This document shows, one piece after another, positions 61,424 to 64,000 of a DNA stretch of 64,000 nt. Location of the stretch: assembly GCA_028716565.1 (NCBI GenBank), contig JAQUPL010000008.1:13067-77066 (forward strand). The letters are read 5' to 3'. Source of the DNA: Candidatus Omnitrophota bacterium. GTDB taxonomy: Bacteria; Omnitrophota; Gorgyraeia; Pluralincolimonadales; Pluralincolimonadaceae. The notes under the pieces were generated by a model, which saw only the letters and a list, made by a program, of their open reading frames with translations, was not told the origin of the DNA and made no database searches. A program made the position numbers and the translations under genes. The stretch's first letter is position 1; every line of letters starts with the position of its first letter.

Positions 61424-61789
61424 CTAATGGCAACCGTGCTGGGCGCAGGCGTTCTGCGCGGTTATCTCTTCGAGCTCGTTGCCTTTGAATTTCTTGATAA
61501 TATCTGCAACGGTTTCCGCCGATGCCTTATAGGCCTTTATATTGGCTTCGTTTAATTTCTGCACCGCCCTCATTCCCATGCCCTGGCAGACAACCGCATC
61601 GATAGATGACAACCCTATTACGCCTAAAGGATGGCATGTGCCATGTGAATGATGGGCGTTGGTATTGTCAACGGTCTTCGCTTCATCCTTCTCGGTATCG
61701 TAAATGGTAAAATACGGTGCGCTGCCGAAATGCCCGTGGACTTTGGCGTTCAAGCCTTCCTTGCTTTCCGTCGGTATACATATCCTCAT
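61424..61789 (-). CDS. NifB/NifX-like dinitrogenase FeMo-cofactor-binding family protein (PF02579-like)
   Basis: MRICIPTES ... VHGHFGSAPYFTIYD, typical of this small-domain family. Confidence 0.65.
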   Translation of the reverse strand: MRICIPTESKEGLNAKVHGHFGSAPYFTIYDTEKDEAKTVDNTNAHHSHGTCHPLGVIGLSSIDAVVCQGMGMRAVQKLNEANIKAYKASAETVADIIKKFKGNELEEITAQNACAQHGCH

Positions 61790-62382
61790 TTTACTTCTCC
61801 TTTTGTCGCTATCAGGACATACTGACAGCTGTCGTTGTGTTTTATTACGGCCATCCCGGACCTCTTTAACAATGCCACTATTGCGCCCAAAGACAATTTT
61901 GAACGCGGATGCGTATGGCCTTCCATCCCGTGTATCTTTTCCGCTATCCGTTCGCCTTTCCTGTTGAAATCCGTGATCACCAGCTTATTTTTGACCACCC
62001 TGGCCATCTCCTTAAGGCATTTTACTGGAGCTTTCGCGTGATGAAGAAAGTTCACGGAGATTACATTGTCAAATGCCATATCTTTAAATTTTAACCGCTC
62101 CGCGTTCATGATCTTAAGGGTTACCAGCTTATCAATCCCGAGCGCCTTGAGTCTTGACTTAGCGGTTTTCTGGGCTTTCCTGTCTACGTCTATCGAGACC
62201 AGGCTAAAGCCCCTTCTCGCCAAGGCAATAGCCATATGGCCGCTTCCCGTGCCGACCTCTAAAATGCTGCCATTGGCAAATCCGGCTTTTCTTAAAATGA
62301 ACCTCCTTGCTTTAGGGATATCGTAACCGTGCCTCTTAAAAAACTTCAGCCTATCCTGGCTCTGTTTTAATAGATTATCCAT
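61786..62382 (-). CDS. class I SAM-dependent methyltransferase
   Basis: Motif I LEVGTGSGHMAIALARRG, a D-acidic motif II, and a VNFLHH region. Confidence 0.75.
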   Translation of the reverse strand: MDNLLKQSQDRLKFFKRHGYDIPKARRFILRKAGFANGSILEVGTGSGHMAIALARRGFSLVSIDVDRKAQKTAKSRLKALGIDKLVTLKIMNAERLKFKDMAFDNVISVNFLHHAKAPVKCLKEMARVVKNKLVITDFNRKGERIAEKIHGMEGHTHPRSKLSLGAIVALLKRSGMAVIKHNDSCQYVLIATKGEVK

Positions 62383-62679
62383 TTAACCAACCTTCTTTAC
62401 GGAGCCGCCTTCAATCTTTAGCGCCTTGCCGTTCAAAAGGGCATCCGCAATCTTTTTATGCGCTGAATTAACGATATTGCCGAAAGTTTGGCGCGAGATG
62501 TCCATCTTTTTCGCGGCGTCCTCCTGATATAGTCCCTCTAAATCCGCGAGCCTGACCGACTCTAATTCATCCAGAGCAAGATTCACCTCTTCAAGCATAT
62601 CCAAAGGGATGCCGCGGGGTTTGAAGTAATTCGTATCCGGGCTGCATCTTATTCTTCTGCATCTACATGGCCTAGGCAT
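62383..62679 (-). CDS. DUF134 (UPF0251) family predicted DNA-binding protein, paralog B
   Basis: Cys-rich N-terminus (CRCRRIRC) plus the conserved DUF134 core. It abuts the methyltransferase start. Confidence 0.6.
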   Translation of the reverse strand: MPRPCRCRRIRCSPDTNYFKPRGIPLDMLEEVNLALDELESVRLADLEGLYQEDAAKKMDISRQTFGNIVNSAHKKIADALLNGKALKIEGGSVKKVG

Positions 62680-62820
62680 ATACTTTCCTTTCAGTTAGTT
62701 ATTGGCATATGCTATATATTATCATGCCCCGCAGAACTTGTCAAGTCTTTCATTAAAATAAAAAGGCGCTGATACTGTCAGCGCCTGGGACCGTCGGCTA
62801 AATGTTCTGCTGTTATTTTT

Positions 62821-63579
62821 TTACATCAAGATAAGGCTTGTGGCCATTATAGCCATGCCTGTTATTACCCCTAATATAGATACATGATAGCCGTCGCTTT
62901 GGCAGGATAAAGGAAGTAGTTCATCAAAACTGATAAAGACCATGATTCCCGCGACAAACGCAAGCGAGAAAGATAAAACTGTCGGGTTTAAAAACGGCAT
63001 TAACACCAATATCGCTATGACGGCACCGGCAGGCTCCGCGAAACCCGACAGAAAAGAATACCAGAATGCCTTTTTTCTGCTTTTTGTAGCGTAGAAGATC
63101 GGCATAGCAACGGCGATCCCCTCGGGTATGTTATGCAAGGCTATCGCGATGGCTAATGCAACGCCTAACTTAATATTTACCAGGGCGCTTATGAAGACCG
63201 CCATTCCTTCAGGAAAATTATGTATCCCTATGCCTATAGCGGTAAATATTCCTGCGGTCATGAGTTTTTTATCGTGTGTATCCGGCTTTATCCGTTCCGC
63301 GATATATTCGTGAGGGATAAGAAAGTCTAAGAGCATGACCAAGATAATTCCGCCGAAAAACGCGACATTGGCCTTAAGAGCACCTATATTGTTAATGGAT
63401 GATGGCAGGAGCTCGACAAAAGAAACATATATCATTACCCCGCCCGATAATCCCAAGAAAAACTGAAGATAGCTTTTCTTGAAATCCCGGATAAAAAAAG
63501 TAATAAGCGAGCCTACTACCGTAAAAATACCGGCTAAGAAGCTTAATAATAAAGGCAGCCAAATTTTTGTATTATCCAT
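62821..63579 (-). CDS. zupT: ZIP-family zinc transporter
   Basis: HNFPEG and HNIPEG metal-binding motifs, 8 TM helices. Confidence 0.85.
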   Translation of the reverse strand: MDNTKIWLPLLLSFLAGIFTVVGSLITFFIRDFKKSYLQFFLGLSGGVMIYVSFVELLPSSINNIGALKANVAFFGGIILVMLLDFLIPHEYIAERIKPDTHDKKLMTAGIFTAIGIGIHNFPEGMAVFISALVNIKLGVALAIAIALHNIPEGIAVAMPIFYATKSRKKAFWYSFLSGFAEPAGAVIAILVLMPFLNPTVLSFSLAFVAGIMVFISFDELLPLSCQSDGYHVSILGVITGMAIMATSLILM

Positions 63580-63630
63580 ATCCTTTTGAGCCTGTTTACT
63601 TAGAACCGCACGGTATAAGTATTATACCTT

Positions 63631-63700
63631 GGGATCCCTCTCCTATTAGCCGAGGGGAAACCTCTCGCATATGCAGATATGGATTATAGCCCAAATACAG
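63631..63700 (-). promoter_or_regulatory. repeat-element copy with a TTGATA-16-TATAAT promoter for zupT
   Basis: Left terminal repeat GGGATCCCTCTCC at 63631-63643 and the conserved leader TAGCCGAGGGGAAACCTCTC. Confidence 0.55.
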
Positions 63701-63728
63701 GGATTATCAAGGAAATTTAGCCGGTCGA

Positions 63729-64000
63729 TCAAATGGCCAAAAGTTTCTTTGCCAGAGCCGATACGACGAAAGTCATGCCAAAGGCACAAACAATACTTGC
63801 TCCGGTCGGAAGGTCGAAAAAGTAAGAGATAGCCATACCTAACGCACTGACAAAAAACCCCATCCCCCAGCCGAACATCAACCTTATTTTTGCATCATTC
63901 GAGAAGAGAATGGCGCAAGTTGACGGAACAATCAAAAAAGCGAACACTACCAGCACCCCGGCTATTTTGACAGAACTTGTGACAACGAATCCGAAAGATA
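63729..64000 (-). CDS. metal ABC transporter permease (ZnuB/MntB-like), C-terminal part; gene continues past the window end
   Basis: C-terminal TM segments with the YFFDLPTGASIV motif typical of ABC-3 permeases. Open to the window edge. Confidence 0.55.
   Translation of the reverse strand, partial: SFGFVVTSSVKIAGVLVVFAFLIVPSTCAILFSNDAKIRLMFGWGMGFFVSALGMAISYFFDLPTGASIVCAFGMTFVVSALAKKLLAI

Noticed and set aside
1-64000. CRISPR arrays, tRNA/rRNA genes, transposases, integrases, phage genes
   Set aside because: There are no direct-repeat-spacer arrays, no tRNA-like cloverleaf sequences in the few intergenic regions over 150 bp (31575-31775, 33081-33241, 60212-60491), and no recombinase or transposase motifs in any frame.

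Overview
This 64 kb window is a gene-dense, chromosomal-looking segment from a diderm (Gram-negative-type) bacterium. Every credible gene, about 57 CDS, lies on the minus strand, and many neighbours are translationally coupled by ATGA/4-nt overlaps. I saw no rRNA, tRNA, CRISPR array, transposase or integrase. Read right to left in transcription order, the window holds: a zinc uptake pair (ZnuB-like permease and ZupT); a DUF134 regulator, a SAM methyltransferase and a NifX-like protein; two small membrane paralogs; an asparagine-to-alanine catabolic operon (aspartate 4-decarboxylase, AspT-type Asp:Ala exchanger, periplasmic L-asparaginase and a porin) preceded by a promoter, a 10-aa leader ORF and a GNRA-tetraloop terminator; a DUF134 regulator, ArsP-like permease and thioredoxin-like operon; a ClC channel; an ~11 kb osmoadaptation-type operon (GT4-(alpha/alpha)6 fusion, GH130-family protein, MscS, a membrane sensor-HAMP-OtsA fusion, a DUF1646-like transporter, OtsB, an unknown protein, TreT and two tiny TM peptides); a VIT transporter; a GC-rich GH3 beta-glucosidase with PA14 domain, with a LacI regulator and a perfect LacI-type operator; three tandem CBM-like secreted paralogs, one with an intact PEP-CTERM tail and one with a decayed tail; a SYLF protein, Fe/Mn SOD and an outer membrane beta-barrel; a TetR-controlled TolC-HlyD-MFS efflux operon with palindromic operators; a patatin-like lipase coupled to an ACP-like protein lacking the phosphopantetheine serine; two tandem paralogous autotransporters (1463 and 951 aa); Gmd, a GT2 and an esterase lipoprotein; a Cys-rich YkgJ protein, a small K-rich peptide and a B12-radical SAM enzyme; a DEAD-box helicase, CarB and a standalone GMP synthase ATP-PPase subunit; a secreted discoidin-domain glycosidase; and a response regulator, PAS histidine kinase and second response regulator, ending in a truncated GNAT/FemAB-like gene. 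The most notable non-coding signal is a repeated promoter-bearing element of about 60-110 bp. Its core is TTGATA-17-TATAAT with an upstream A-tract UP element, it has MITE-like inverted termini, and it occurs in at least 9 full or partial copies, always oriented to drive minus-strand genes. The other notable pattern is strong hairpin plus U-tract structures sitting immediately 5' of the Shine-Dalgarno sequence of several operons, which looks like attenuator-like control.
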